From Ptychomitrium polyphyllum (Eukaryota), in the NCBI GenBank assembly GCA_973851085.1, contig OZ316775.1:12028001-12092000 (forward strand): 64,000 nucleotides of DNA, given 5' to 3'. The notes under the pieces are model-generated. The model did no database searches and was not told the origin of the DNA. It saw only the letters and a program-made list of their open reading frames with translations. Positions 37,801 through 51,913 of the stretch are shown one piece after another (the first letter of the stretch is position 1; each line of letters opens with the position of its first letter). Position numbers and translations under genes: made by a program.

Positions 37801-39563
37801 TTGTCAAACCTTCAAGATTATTTTAGGGATTGTGTGCAGACTCTATCCAGTACGTAGATTTTCATTATAACTATGAACATTGTAGTGCAACACAAAAATC
37901 AGTATACTGTGTTGGACTTTGAATACAGTTGCCAACCTGAAAAGTTTACAAAGTCATGCAATTCCAGGCTTGGTGGACATGGAAAAATGGTCCTTTGAAA
38001 ATTGGTCCAAAGATTTAGGACAAGCTCAGCAAACTACCACCATCAGTGAACTTGGAGATTACAATTGTTACATCTAAATGACATCAATATATGACATCAA
38101 TTAATTTCGTTTTGAAATACAATGATAGAAATTAAAGTAATGTCAGAATGACATGAAAATCATATCAAAGTCACAAGAAATGTCATTTTGATGGCAATCT
38201 AATTTATGCCATTTTGATATCAATTCAACTAATGATACTCTGATATTGTTTTGACAGCATTTGAATGTGTGTCATTTTCATATCATGATGACAAGTATCA
38301 CACTTATGCAATTTTGATTTGAAGATAATATCAAATCTAGTGTGATGTATGACACACATTCATTTTCACATGGCCCATGTCAAAATAACACATGGGAGAT
38401 CCTATGTTGTCTGTAACAAGCACCCCTTGATAGCATGCTATTTACGAATGTTATTGTTGCACATGGTCAGGGCAAACAGTGTCCATGTGAAATTTACTTC
38501 CAAGGTGGTAGAGAAGGAATAGGTGCTCAAACTTAAGTATTATTTGTACAGGCCTTTCTTGAAGCACATGTGCTTGTCATGTAAACTGTACTGTGCCCAG
38601 ATGTTTGATGTTTGAGATGGACAATCTCCTAATGGTTTAGAGAGCAACCTTGAATCTTATATTTTCAACGTAGAGGTTTCCTTCCCAGATTAACTTAATA
38701 ATTGACAATCTTATGCATCCCATGAATCTCCATGTGCATTGTAATACTCTATGAGTTTTGCTCAGCAAGGGAAGTGTTGAAATGGTCTTTTCATCATGTA
38801 ACAGGGGCTGCAGTTTGCTAGTGTGCAGCCTATATGTAGGTAGCTTCTAGTGGGAAATAGGACAATGCTGTAGAATATAAAGCAGTTAGTTGCAGATGAA
38901 TGAGGATATTAGGAATAAAATTTTGAAGGGTTCCTCAGGTATTTGTCAAAAATGAAAATCATAAATAAAGTAGAATGATGAAGAGTATAAGTTTAGGTGA
39001 ATGAATTAACAAATAGTGGAGGATATAAGAATGAGGATGTAAAATGGAAGGTAATATATAGTGTATAAAATTTAAATTTTTGTACAAATTTTCATAATAT
39101 ATGGATGGAAGAAATATGTGTTTCATTAAAACTAAGTGATCATTATAGAATGATTATTTTCAATGAAAATGATCAATATAACCAAATGGATATAGTGTGT
39201 GCATTAATATTTGTAACTTTGTTTTATGTTGCAACATGATATTTGTATTTTCAAGTCATTTATGAAGTATTTTAAAACATGAATTTCCTTGGAACCTTAA
39301 TGGCTTAACATGTTATTTGAAGAATGAATATTGTTGAGGTTCAAGTAAATTGCACAATAATTTTTTATTTAATGAGTGAAAGATTATTTATTTGTGAATG
39401 AATACAAGCATAATCAAGTCTTTTAATTTTGCAAGATTTACAAGAATGTGGGGTCTAACTTGGAATTTACAATATCCTCCATTGTCATCTATGCTCTCAC
39501 ATAAATACATATAATATTTTCTAATCATCCATGTATAGACCATGTATTCTTCCATATATTATT

Positions 39564-39614
39564 TTTACATGGTATTCTTCTTTACATAGTATTCTTCTTT
39601 ACATAGTATTCTTC
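39564..39614. repeat. 17-bp tandem repeat x3
   Basis: tttacat(g/a)gtattcttc at 39564, 39581 and 39598. Confidence 0.85.
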
Positions 39615-42600
39615 AATATAGATTGAAAATGTTGTTTCATTACATAATATATTAGAAACATTCAACACTATATAAAAAACAAGTGTGTCTGATGTTGGTT
39701 GTGTCTTTATCTAATTGTATTACTAAGCATGCACTCTTTCATCTTCATTCATTATCATGACTCAAACAATTTCTATTTGGAGAAGTGAATGAAAGCAGGG
39801 ATGAGTTACTGTAACTACAGAGTTTGATGACAACCTGCAATTGATAATGTCTCACTCTATGTAGCAAACAACAACCTCTATATAATGGTTGCTTGAGTAC
39901 CAGGTAGAGTGACTCTTCCAATGAACCTTGTGAATGCTAAAAAATAAATGAAAACTGAACATAAAAGAAGCTACTAAACAAATTATCATTACAAGGAAAC
40001 CTGATTTGCTTCCAATTGGTTTTAAAGGAATTTGAAGAACAAAGACAAGTGACATATACTTTTACAGATATCTGGCCATCTTTAATGGTCAAATAAGCAG
40101 GATTGACAATTAAACAGTTTTTACTGGATGGAAGTCTTTTACCTGTAGTAGAGCAAAGCCAGGACTGGCTGTTTGCAGGCTGGAATCGACCAACAGCCCT
40201 GATTGGAAAGAATAATAGCATGCTTCATGTACTGGAGTGTTAAAAACAGGCATGCATACTTTAGGATTGCTGCAGCTGCTGCAATTGGCTGGAACGTGGG
40301 TGTGGTTTGTGTATAAAATTATAAAACAGAGAAGAATTATTCCTCTTACGTTGGTGTCTTGAGGCCCCATTCAGCCAATGAGTTGCCTTCTTCTCATGGT
40401 GTCAGACGTGTAGAAGAGAGAATCATATACTGCTCAGAACACATTGCAAGCATATTCTCAAAGTTCCTCATTGGTGCTCATTCTGATCTACTCTACACCA
40501 TGGCACATCAAAAATTGGAAATGCAATATGTGAATAACAAAGAAGGGGTTTGAATTTACATCAAGGTCATGTCTCACCTCTCGTCATGAGCTGTTCCTTT
40601 GGCAATGTTCATAAGAGGAGAGGGTATCTAGTAAGACATCTTTGTGATATGTAGAGGTAGATCCACACCGTTAAAAATAGATTGTTCACCAAATGAGGAT
40701 TTGTAAAAGAATTGATGAGAAACTCTGTGCATGAATGAAAGTTATTCCTGCATAAAAAAAAATGAGTAAGATGGGAAGTTTGTAAATGATTCTCACCATT
40801 TTCCATCCTCCAAGAATTTCTCCAACATCATACAAGACCATTTCTCCATTCTTGCATTTCTGAGATTGCTTGAGGTCTCTGAAACCTTATAAATCTTTGC
40901 ATTTTGCTTACTCTAAGATCAGAATCTATGTCCACAGAACATGCAGAGGTGTCTCCTCTCAAAGCTGCCCATCTCTCCAAAACTGTTTCTGTCAACTCTC
41001 CTACTTAGTGTTTGGGGGAGTGTCACAAATAGTTCAAATTCCAATTGTGAATTCTTCTCTTTTGTGCCCAAATTGAAGAACTAATTCCAACCTACTTTCC
41101 ATTGTCTTTGTTGCAGGCATGCCATACAAATACATAATACTGAAGATTATAGGCCACAGTGTGTAGCAGAGTCACTGATGATAGCCAGTTCCTGTGCATC
41201 TGTGTTCAATTTGGTGTGACTTGTTGATGATATTTTAAAAGTGAAATGTGATTGAATCAAAAGGGTTACACAGAGCAGTGAAGTGTTTTGGTAGCTGCAT
41301 GGTCCACATTGTGGCACTCCAATGATAAGCAACATAAGTCAGGGAATGACCTGGTGCAGAGTCTCCTGATTGAAGAGAACCACACTTCAACTGCAAAAGT
41401 GATAGACAAGTGCTAGGGGGGTGTTATTGATTATTGGACATGGACATCCCACCACAAATAAATCAACCTGATGATTATATAAAAGACAATCAACCTCTTC
41501 AAAAGTTGTCTATAATTTGCAATGTAAGGGCATTTGCATCATAGGCACTTTAAATGGCTCTTTCTATGCAATTGATAGAACAGATTCTTTAGAGGTTTTG
41601 TGGCAAGGCATCTGAACTATTGATTACATGTAAGGATGTTTGTAGTGGTTTAGATGCTGATGCTGTAAGCATGTAACAATGTGTGCAGCTGAAAGTTTCT
41701 GGTTAAGGAAGGAAATTAAGCCCTTGGTTCAAGTTGAATCCACCTATCATACAAACCTACTAAGATGCCTCAATACAAGAGATAAGCATGTGTTGTTTTC
41801 AAGCATTGAAAGCACAAACAAGATCATTGTTCATTGTTATTTTGAATAGTTTCTAGGTAATCTACAGTTTGGTCTTACATATGCATTGTGTTACTATACG
41901 TTTCTATTTTAAGTTCTATATGGCATCACCTCCTTTGTGGTAATGTAACATTCACTTTTGGAACAATCTTTCAAACTGTGAGCATGTATGCGACTCTTAT
42001 AGTGGAAAATATTGCCTTACATCTAAGATAAGAATTTTATTAACTATAAGAATGAATATATTTGGGTTTTTGTAACCTTCTTTATATGTGTAAAGAAGAG
42101 CATTCTAAGAGAATTTGTCCATAATCTTATAATAAAAATTTAGCATCTTCATACTAAAGCAATATTACCATGCGTATTTCAAGGACATTTGCAATGTAAA
42201 GATACAAATCCTTCTCTTGAAGAATTCAAACATACTTTGATTCATTTCTACTTACACAGTTAAAAAATAGTAATTTTGAATTAATTTTTTACATAAGATA
42301 TAAGATTTCAAACTTATTCTAACAAATGTATATAAATGTCATTTGAAACTGAATTCGAATAAGGTGGCAATCTTTTTAGACACATTCCACAAAAGCGCAC
42401 AAAGTAATTATAAAGAATTAAAATTAATAAACTTGCAAAATTTAGATTCATAGATGGCATCAAATTTTTCTTTAATTTGCCATGATAAGACAAAGTTGTC
42501 CATTTGAGAATGAAACCATTCATTTTTTAAATGATTGTAATACAAATCAAAAAGAATGTCATATACAATGGTTATTGCATATTGTATAAGATAGATAACC

Positions 42601-43471
42601 AACTAAATTGTAGGAGGCAATTCAAAATTGTGCCAAATTCAAAAGCAAGGATAAATATTAAAAGAACAAGTATGATTAAGGATTTATAACTTAAGTATAT
42701 CAAAAATAAATTAAGCATTGTTTCTTTTTTTGAAACAAAATCAAAGAAAATAAATTAAAAACATTGTTTTAAAAAAATTGGATGATATTGCCTATTTTGA
42801 ATGAATGTGATTATACACATGATTGACAAGAAATTAGTATCCAAAATACGAATGAATATAAAATAATTTGGATATATTTAAATATGATAATTAACAATTC
42901 CAAAAGTTGTCTAAAGACTTGAAGAAATATTGTTGATAATTATTATTTTATGGATTCCCTTCTAATTTGAATGAAGTCAACTCATTTTATTATTAATTCT
43001 TGAATTCCTACCATGAATTAGCCTATCCTTGGTGTTTGCTTGAATGGATGAAAATTAAGCCTTTATAGTTGAAATGCATAAAAATATATTAAATGAAATC
43101 AATTAAAAGGAGATAATAGTATTGTATTTGCTTTATGCCACTTATGCACAGGCACTTTGTTTATAAGTGCATCTTAAAAAAGAATCAAAATTTTCTTGCT
43201 TTTTGCAATTGTAATAGCAGTATTGTTAAATTTAAAAGTAATATCTTTTTGTACATGCATATAGATAAACAAAGTACAAATTATTATTTTTAGTTGAAGT
43301 TCTTTACTATTATACTTCAAAATTTATAATCATGATATTTTGGACTTAATCATAAAAGGAAAAAATTTAATACACCTTTTTCAAACATCAATAAGCTTTT
43401 ATCCATGAAAATTTTCTTAAATTGAAGCTTATATTTTGATTAGTAAAAAGCAACCTGAAGAATACATGGCA

Positions 43472-43853
43472 TGGATTTAAACCCAAGACTAAAAGATAAA
43501 CAAAATATTGTTTTTTAAAGAAGAAACCAAAAATAGGATTCATATCAAAAATTGGTTATAAAAATAGAAATAAGGCAACTCTATGGATTGTTTCTACAAC
43601 TTGTTTTGGCAAGACTTTGGTACATCTCTTCTTGTTCTTATTTATACCATGAAATCTATGTTTTCTTAAGTTTTTAATGGAAGGTTGCAAGAAGCAATTA
43701 GAAGTTTTTTAAAAGTCTATAGAATCTTTGCTAATAGTTTTTGGAAGCCAATGGAAGGTTCTAAAAGTTTGAAGATGTTTTTGGATGTATATAGAAGACT
43801 GCAAAAGAGTATGAAATTTTTTAAAAGATCATAGATGATATATATTTGTAACA
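43472..43853 (-). mobile_element. Degenerate LTR of the same family as 15839-16348, reverse orientation
   Basis: Colinear matches to the reverse complement of the solo LTR: tctacaacttgttttggcaagact vs tccacaacttgtgttagcaagatt; cttatttataccatga vs cctatttatactatga; terminal atgatatatatttgtaaca vs atgatctatgtccgtgaca. Left boundary is approximate and no TSD is recognisable. Confidence 0.7.
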
Positions 43854-46800
43854 ATATCAATATTCTCTATTAATAAGAACTCTCCATTTTGTTGGGATAG
43901 GCAACAAAACCATTATGGACTAAAATATTCTTACACTAAAATTTTGTGTATTATAGAAATTATACGTAACTAATTTGTACATGTAATAATTTTTATACTT
44001 CAAATGTTTATGCATTTACAATGAGCTACATACTACTTCTTGAATGAATAACATGTGTTCATATTGGAAGATTCTAGTCCTTTTCTGTAGCCTGTGACTT
44101 AGAAGTACTGTATACAAGCCCATAGATACAAATTAAGCTAGCAATAGTTCCAGTGTGATTACATCGGCACAAACTTATGACGACCCACCATTGTATATGC
44201 TTTGGAGAGGCCAGCTGTAGCTAGGGGCAGGGCATGTGCAATGCTTGTGTCATGGTTGCTGGTGGGCCACAAACTTTGGTGCTGATTACTAAAACCATCC
44301 ATTCTCCCAAAGATTGGCACTGTTGCTTTGACCTTACCAATGCGTTACCTGAATTGGGTGCAGTTGACAAGTAGCCCTGGCTTGGCTGTTTCACACTGCC
44401 TTCTGGACAGTTTTGAATAGATTTGAAGTGCTTGCACAGCACATGAGACTTGATAATGATGGTCATCATCGGAGTCAACGTTACAAGATCTACCTAATTT
44501 TAGCATGATAATATAGGATCATCAAAAATAACGGTGGGAGAGCCATGCGGCTGGCAGCTACAGTATATTGGCTGTCAAAATTGAAGGAGAGGAGAGCAGC
44601 TTCTTTCTGCCATTGATCATGGCAAGCTTACGGACTTCCACAGCAGTGTTGATCTTCACATCACTGGCATATTCTTCCCAAAGCATCCAGTGCAATGTGC
44701 TTGCTTTCTAAGCTTCTCTGTTTCCAACACAGCTGATGTCTTTGAAGTAGCTCACTGGTGGAGGTTTGGTTGGAATTAGCAACCTTGTAATGGATATATC
44801 CATTCCATTTGCATCATAAATGAAAAGCAAATACATGAAATGTGCACCTAGGTAACTCTTTGTAGCCTGGACCAAGTATACCCTGCATTTTACAGTTGAT
44901 CACCAACTTTCCAATGTAAACAACAAAAATGAATGAAATGTGAGGTATTTGTACATTGAATGTACATATGCCCATATCTAAATGAATGAAATTTGAAAAA
45001 TCATGAACAATCTCATATGCAACATCCTCTCAGAAGCTTGCTACACTCTTTATTCTTCATAATATGGGCCACATAAAATAAACACTTTGAATTGTTTGAA
45101 AACATTTCTATTAACATGAGTCACATAAATTGTAAAACCCACTTTATTTTGGTGTTTTAGAATCCTCATTAATTGATACTTTGATTAGAAAAACATATCC
45201 TTGTAAGTCATAAATGACCATACAATTTGAAAATTCATGCTATTTTAAATTTAACATAAATTTAATATGGATTATCTTAATTGAGAATCACTTTATATGC
45301 TATTTAAGCTCTACAATTCTAGATTTAGAATACTATAACTTATCCACATGATGTCCTATTAATAAGTTTTAAAATTTGTTGGATTTCTTTTTCTTTTATG
45401 ATATGATCCAATAAAATTGTGAATTATTCAAAAAATAACCATGTTCCATGTCAAAATTAAAGTTACAAACATGGATATTGCTACCTTAAAGCTGGTTCAC
45501 TTCAACTACTAAAGAATATATGTATCCACATAAACATCCTAAACATCACAGTAAGCTTCTGTCACTACAATATGGAAATCTTGAGATTGCGTATTAAATA
45601 TTGAGAACTATAAAGTATATAGACAACAAGAACATACCAATTACCATGTTTCCAGAAATATCTGGCTGTCAGCATGTGGATAAGTATTAAATCATTTCTT
45701 TGAAGGCTAACACAAATTTACAAATGCCTCATTTTTATATTCTTCTTCCAAATACAGTGCTCAATTTCATCTAACTTATCCAGGTTATGAAAATCTATAA
45801 GGTGGATTGAAACCACAAATTGCTGTAGTGCAGGATGATCATGAAGTTAAGTTCTAGGTTGCTATATTGATATGGCCTTCAAAGTCCAAAATATTGCTTC
45901 CTTTAACAGGACTCAAACACACAGGAGTTATGAAGTGTTCTCAAAATATCTCTACTGAATGGATATAGTAGCTGAATGCACAGCAGAGTTACTCATCCTC
46001 ATCTTAAAAGAGAGGGGATTGAGCTTTTAAAGTTGATTGCTTGTGAGATGTCATAACAACAAATAAACAATACATGTGCATAAAAAACACATTATATGGG
46101 TGTCACACAAAAGAGACACCTTTCTGAGAGACTTAAAACACACTAAAAAGCCTTGGTGAGTAATGGTTTGCATGGATTAGAACTGTACCCTCCATCCAAA
46201 ATAAGAAATGTTTTTTCATTTATGCAAACCATTTCTCATGAAGCATTTTACCATGCTTCAAATCTCTACTCTCTGATAAATGTATTTCTACTATGTGACA
46301 CCCTTAATCAGTATATGGATATCTCCAAATGGCATTAAAAAGAAATTCATCAAATTTGTTCATGGTTTTTCCTTTTTCTCTTTCCAATACTTCCTTGCGC
46401 TTTTGGGCAGTGTTTCATCTATCCTTATGCTAATGGTAATAGATATGTGTTTGGTCCACTCTTGCCAGGGGTGTTGGGTGACATTGTATTATTTCTTGAA
46501 TTAAAGACTCTCCTTTGCAAAGGCCGTTAGAATAATATTTGGTCATGTTCAACTGAGACTGGATGGGTGCAAGTACATTTAGCTGTATGTCTGTTTCCTT
46601 AAGCTGAGCCAGATTTCTTTGAAGGAGTGCTGAATAATTGTTTGACAGAGATTGTTGACTTAGATCATGTCTCCAAGTAAAATATGGAAGGCAAGACCTC
46701 AAGGTTCATTGAGAAGTTGAGCTGGTACTGTACAATCACTGAAATTTCAGTCAGATGAGGTTTTTGGTTTTAAGCTTGTTCTCTGAATTGAAACATATAT

Positions 46801-48619
46801 CTAGTGTTGCACCCAAGAGGGACTTCCAAGGTGCCTGCTGGTGCAAGACAGCTACAGTTCCATACATGGTACCCCATGGTCAATTCACATACCCTCTTAG
46901 ATAACTGAGACACATTCAAATCTCAGCTCAGTCTTTGTAGAATCCAAACTCTTATGTTCCTTGCACATGCCCAATTCAGATGAAACTCTTGGGCTCAATT
47001 ATCAATAAATTTTAACATGCAAACACCCTGAAATTTAGGGCACATTCAAATACCTCTCATATAAATCCATTAACTACATTAGAATTAATCATAGCATGGA
47101 TGATGTTGTCCAAACTTTGTAGGCTTATATTCTCTCACAGAAGTGTCATACTTCATTTATCAAAATCTTATTGAGATTTTTTTTTGAATTTAAAAGTTAT
47201 GAGATGAACTACAGGAAGCATATAATTTGTTGACTTCTAAAACACCAAAGGTGTGTATTCATTTAGAAGTAAACATGAAAGGTCTTTTGCTGGAACTTCA
47301 ACAATTAACCTTCAATAAATGATTATCCTACAGTGTGTTTTTTAAGAATTTGCATCAGTTCTTATATTGTCAACTTTGAGTATAAAGTTGTGAATTTTCT
47401 CAATGTGCATGCATGTTTTAGTATTGTAAAGATATAAATTTTTATTAAGCAAAGATTGTAAAAAGAAGTTATGCTTCTCTGAGTAATTTTTTTCTAACAA
47501 CCAGCATCTTGGAAAACTTTACTACAACCTTCTACTATCTTTAAAATTGAATGCACAAGTCAATAACATGCTTTTTATTGAAATTGAAAAATAAAATTCA
47601 AAATAAAATTTCAAATACAAGTAAGAGATAATTAGCAAATATCTACACTTTCTTATACAAGTTTAGTTGAAGGTTAAAGAAGATCATTGAAAAAAAATCT
47701 CACTTTGCACAATAAATGGCAAATTTGGAATGCATTTTGTAAAACACAATTGAGGAATTTAAGGGGTCAATGATGATTTCCTTCTTCATATCCAAGTATT
47801 AAAAGTATAATTACAATGCACTATGATATCATCTAACAACCTTACATAATTTTTTCAAAGTTAAAAACTCAAGATCAGAGTAAAAAACACAAATTGAGAA
47901 ATGTTTTTGTTTTGAAAAATATAAATGAAAAAGGGAAAAGAGAAACACAAAATAACTAACACATAACATCCTTGAATATTAATAAGAGCAATTCATCTTC
48001 ACATTGTAAAATAAGAGTCCAGCAGTAAATGAGATCTGAGAGTGAAGGCATGCGGCGGCAAAAGTATAAAGACATGAATCCAGTTTGATAGTTTCACACA
48101 TAAACTTCTCCAATCCCCAAACCCAGATTTCAACAAAGGAGTTGTACCTTTTGAGTGAAGAAATCATCCCTTTCAGAGAGACCGCTCGGAGGGGCCATAG
48201 AAGAAAGTCAGGTAGTATTCACCGGCCATTAAAAAACTAATTACCATCCTCTGACAGGGTAAAGTAAAACGCTACCAGCGAAGACCTATCCACAGCCCCG
48301 CCGATCGACGGTGTCCGTGCGCAGGCGGCTCGATCCACAAAATGCGCACATTCCCCACGCGCAGAGCATGTTCAGAAAGGCAAGAAACGCCAAGTCCAGA
48401 TGTACCGGGAGCAAAGATTCTGGAATCTAGGGCGGAGCAGAGACGCCGCTGGTGGGCCGGGGAGTCGCGTGGCGCTGGGTTCGCGTTGCGAGGCAGTCGT
48501 GACGCGGTTGCGAGCACGAGCACTGGCAGCTGGGTCCGGCGTCCCCGGCTCTCTGGGTTTTGGTTCCGCAATCGACTTCGGGGTTCGGTGGCGTGCCGAT
48601 TTCGCGCTCGCAAAGGTAC

Positions 48620-49946
48620 ATTATAAGGCCCTCTGCCTGTTCTGACTCGAGCCATTCATCTCACTCGCGCCTTTTTCGTCTCAGGTTCGGTGCAGACTGC
48701 CTTCCATTTCGGCCTTGTTCTTCTTAACCACGTTCTCAGAGCGCGTCTTCTCTTTTTCGCGTCTCGGAGAGGTGAGTAGATTTGGGGTGCTGCTGCTGGT
48801 CCGTGGGTGCGTGGTCGCTTTCGTGGGTACATCGTGGGCACCATTGTGGGTTCTGTTGTGAACACTGTGGGCTTGGATTTGGGATTTTCTGGGTAGAATT
48901 GATGGTGGTGATAAGAGTGTGGTGGGAGTTTAATATTCTGGTTTGTTGGTTTGGAGTTGAATCTGTAGCTGTGGGAGCTCCGCTGGTTTGCTACATTTGA
49001 GCTGGGTGTAGGAGATCTGGTTCTGGTTTCGCCTTTTCTCGAGTTTTGATTGGTTGCACTTTTTTGAAGAGTGGCATGCATGCGAGCTTAGTTCTAAGGC
49101 TCAGGTGCGGAGAGTTATTTCATTCTTTAGAATTTGCAACTCTTGAAGCTTGTGGTGTGGATACTTTTGGGGGAGGATGTGAAAGGGAGATGGTAAGTTT
49201 GGAGTTATGACTCAGTTGTTTCAATTGGGCTACGACCGATACTTTGAAACCGCAAGCACTGTACAATCAATTTGTTTCATATCCATTGTCGCCATTCGGA
49301 AAGAGCGTCCAAGAATGAGGTTTTTTTTTTTTTTTTTTTTTTTTCCGTCAGTGATTTGAACTTGAGCCTCTCAGGCATGAGGAGTAGCATGGTTTTATTT
49401 TTTTTCCAATCAAACCAGCCATTCTGGTGTCACTGTCGTGATGCAGTATGGAAGGCAGCACAGAGCAGCGATTACCTCGGCTATTTCAAGGAATGATGCA
49501 TAATGTACTATCATCTCTTGCTTCAAGACACGTTGGATCTGGTGATATCTGTGATTGTGGGTTTATGAGTAATTAACATATACTTCCAAAACGCTATGTA
49601 TACATAAACTCATACGGGTATTCTGTATCAATTGCGTTTGTGCCGTTGTTTCAACCCACTAAGGCTGTACCTGAATGGGCCAGTTCTCATTCAAGTGCCA
49701 TGCATCATTTTCACATAATTATACTCTGTACCAGGAATCTCACCTCAGTGTTGGGCTTGAAAATCATTAGAGATTTGCTGTCACTTGCAAGAGTTTACAG
49801 TCCATACTACTCTTTGAGGTGGAATCGGTATTTGAAATGTTTTAGTTGATTGGTTTTTGTAGATGAAAGGCATCCTGCGGTAATGGAAAACAATGAGTCC
49901 TTGGTGACACCTTTGCTTTTCTTGGCTGTTTTTTGTCCATTTGAAG
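48620..49946 (+). promoter_or_regulatory. Pyrophosphatase core promoter, non-coding first exon and ~1.2-kb 5'UTR intron
   Basis: TATA-like ttataa at 48621 after a CpG-rich island, a CT-rich leader, donor AG|GTGAGT at 48772, and acceptor ttgaag| at 49946 shortly before the ATG. Confidence 0.55.
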
Positions 49947-50003
49947 GCTGTTCGCTCTTCCTTGCGTGAGGCGTGAATATTTCGTCTTTCTTCTTTAAGA
50001 AAT

Positions 50004-51287
50004 ATGACTACTAATGGGACTGCTCCGTCTGATGGGGCACCAGTGAAGAAACAAATTCCGAAGTTCCAGAGCTCTCCTCTCAACCAACGCATTCTTTCCA
50101 CCATGGACCGTCGCTCCGTGGCTGCCCACCCATGGCACGATCTGGAAATTGGTGAGCTTTTTTAATGCCAGTTTGCACTGAATGATTACATGGTCTATTT
50201 GACGTGATGAGCGATGAAAGTCGCCTAATAAGTGACATTGTTACGAATGTTTTTGTTACTCTTCATTTTATTTGATCAGCTTTGAAAGATTATTATTAAC
50301 TTATTAATGTTGTCATTTGTCAGGTCCTGAAGCACCAGCTGTCTTTAACTGTGTCATTGAGATCGGAAAGGGAAGCAAGGTCAAGTATGAACTCGACAAG
50401 AAGAGTGGTCTTATCAAGGTTGATCGTATTCTGTATTCATCAGTTGTGTACCCCCACAACTACGGTTTCGTTCCCCGCACACTTTGTGAAGACGAGGATC
50501 CCATCGATGTCCTCGTCATCATGCAGGTATGGTTACAGACGTTTTGGCTGATATTGATTTATTGATGTGCTTTGATGAGGTTCGTGAAGGGATGTAGACG
50601 GACATTATTTGAACCAGAATCTGTAATTCATTCCGAGTTGAAGTAACTGCTTTTGCTGATTGTGAATATAATAGTCCGATTGCTCAATCAAAATTTGCAG
50701 GAGCCTGTCCTTCCTGGAAGCTTCCTTCGTGCTAGGGCTATCGGCCTTATGCCTATGATTGATCAGGGTGAGAAGGATGACAAGATCATTGCTGTGTGTG
50801 CTGACGATCCCGAGTACAGACACTTCAAGGACATCAAGGAGCTCCCACCCCACCGATTGGCTGAAATCCGTCGGTTTTTTGAAGATTGTGAGTCTTATCA
50901 TGCATTTTACATTAACTTTGCTACCTACACTTCTTAGATTTGTAGTAATACCTGTCTCATTGCGTTGGGTCCTTTGAAATCCTCTAGCTTGTTATGCTCT
51001 TCTCATTCTCTGGCTTCTTCTTATGACAGACAAAAAGAACGAGAACAAGGAAGTCGCTGTCAATGATTTTCTCGGTCATGAGGCTGCCGTCGAAGCTGTT
51101 GGCCACTCCATGTAAGTCAACATCCAATTTGGTCTCAAGTTTTATTACAATCTTGTCCTACAAAGAATCTTATTAGCGCAGAGTATATGGTTTGACTTGA
51201 AGCTTTACTAAATCTTTGAGTTTCCGTGTTTGAATGATGTGCAGGAACCTCTACGCCTCGTACATTGTGGAGAGTTTGCGCCAGTAA
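50004..51287 (+). CDS. PPa: Soluble inorganic pyrophosphatase (family I), 220-aa short form
   Basis: Exons 50004-50151, 50324-50526, 50701-50887, 51030-51111, 51245-51287 (663 nt). Motifs [33 protein letters not shown], active-site [18 protein letters not shown] and FFEDYKKNENK. Ends YIVESLRQ*, like other plant sPPases. Confidence 0.96.
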
Positions 51288-51913
51288 GAGCCCAGAACTA
51301 ATACATATTAATTATAGCGAGGACGTAATCTTTATCTTGTTGGCCAATTATTGCAATTCTGAATTGCTTGTAGTTCTGTGACGGTAGTAGTACTTCGCCG
51401 TCACACTGATACACAATTTGTTAGTATATACGGATAATGCACATGCACTGCATTTGACCGCACAGATCGCTTTCACACTCGTCCCGTTACTAATGGATAC
51501 GTTACTGTCTTCTCACACTTATCTCTCGTCGTCAATAAGTTCGAATATGGTTTTAGTCGTAGTTAGCCTCACGGAAGAAAGGTCCCTTAGTTTCACCCAC
51601 ATCACCGAGTGGCGTTTCTTTTTTCTAGCACTAGACGCATGTTAAAGGCATGAGTCACCACAGCACAGCAGACGGGAAAGACGTTTGTGCAGATAAGACT
51701 ACTTCGTTAGATCGTCCCTTAACAGACGTGCAGAGGCAGGTTTGCATGTCTAGGATACTTGTCAATATGAGAAATGTACTACTACCATACTTCTGGCACT
51801 ATCTTCTGGCTCATGCAGGGACTTCGATAATTAATGCCATGATCTTAGTTTGGCACCATGTAACGAAGACATGCAGCGTTCAAAATTTAATCCTGGTGCT
51901 TTCCTGTGTCCAG

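Noticed and set aside
48272..49081. Arg/Pro-rich ORFs upstream of the pyrophosphatase
   Set aside because: Explained by GC-rich promoter and GT-rich first-intron composition.
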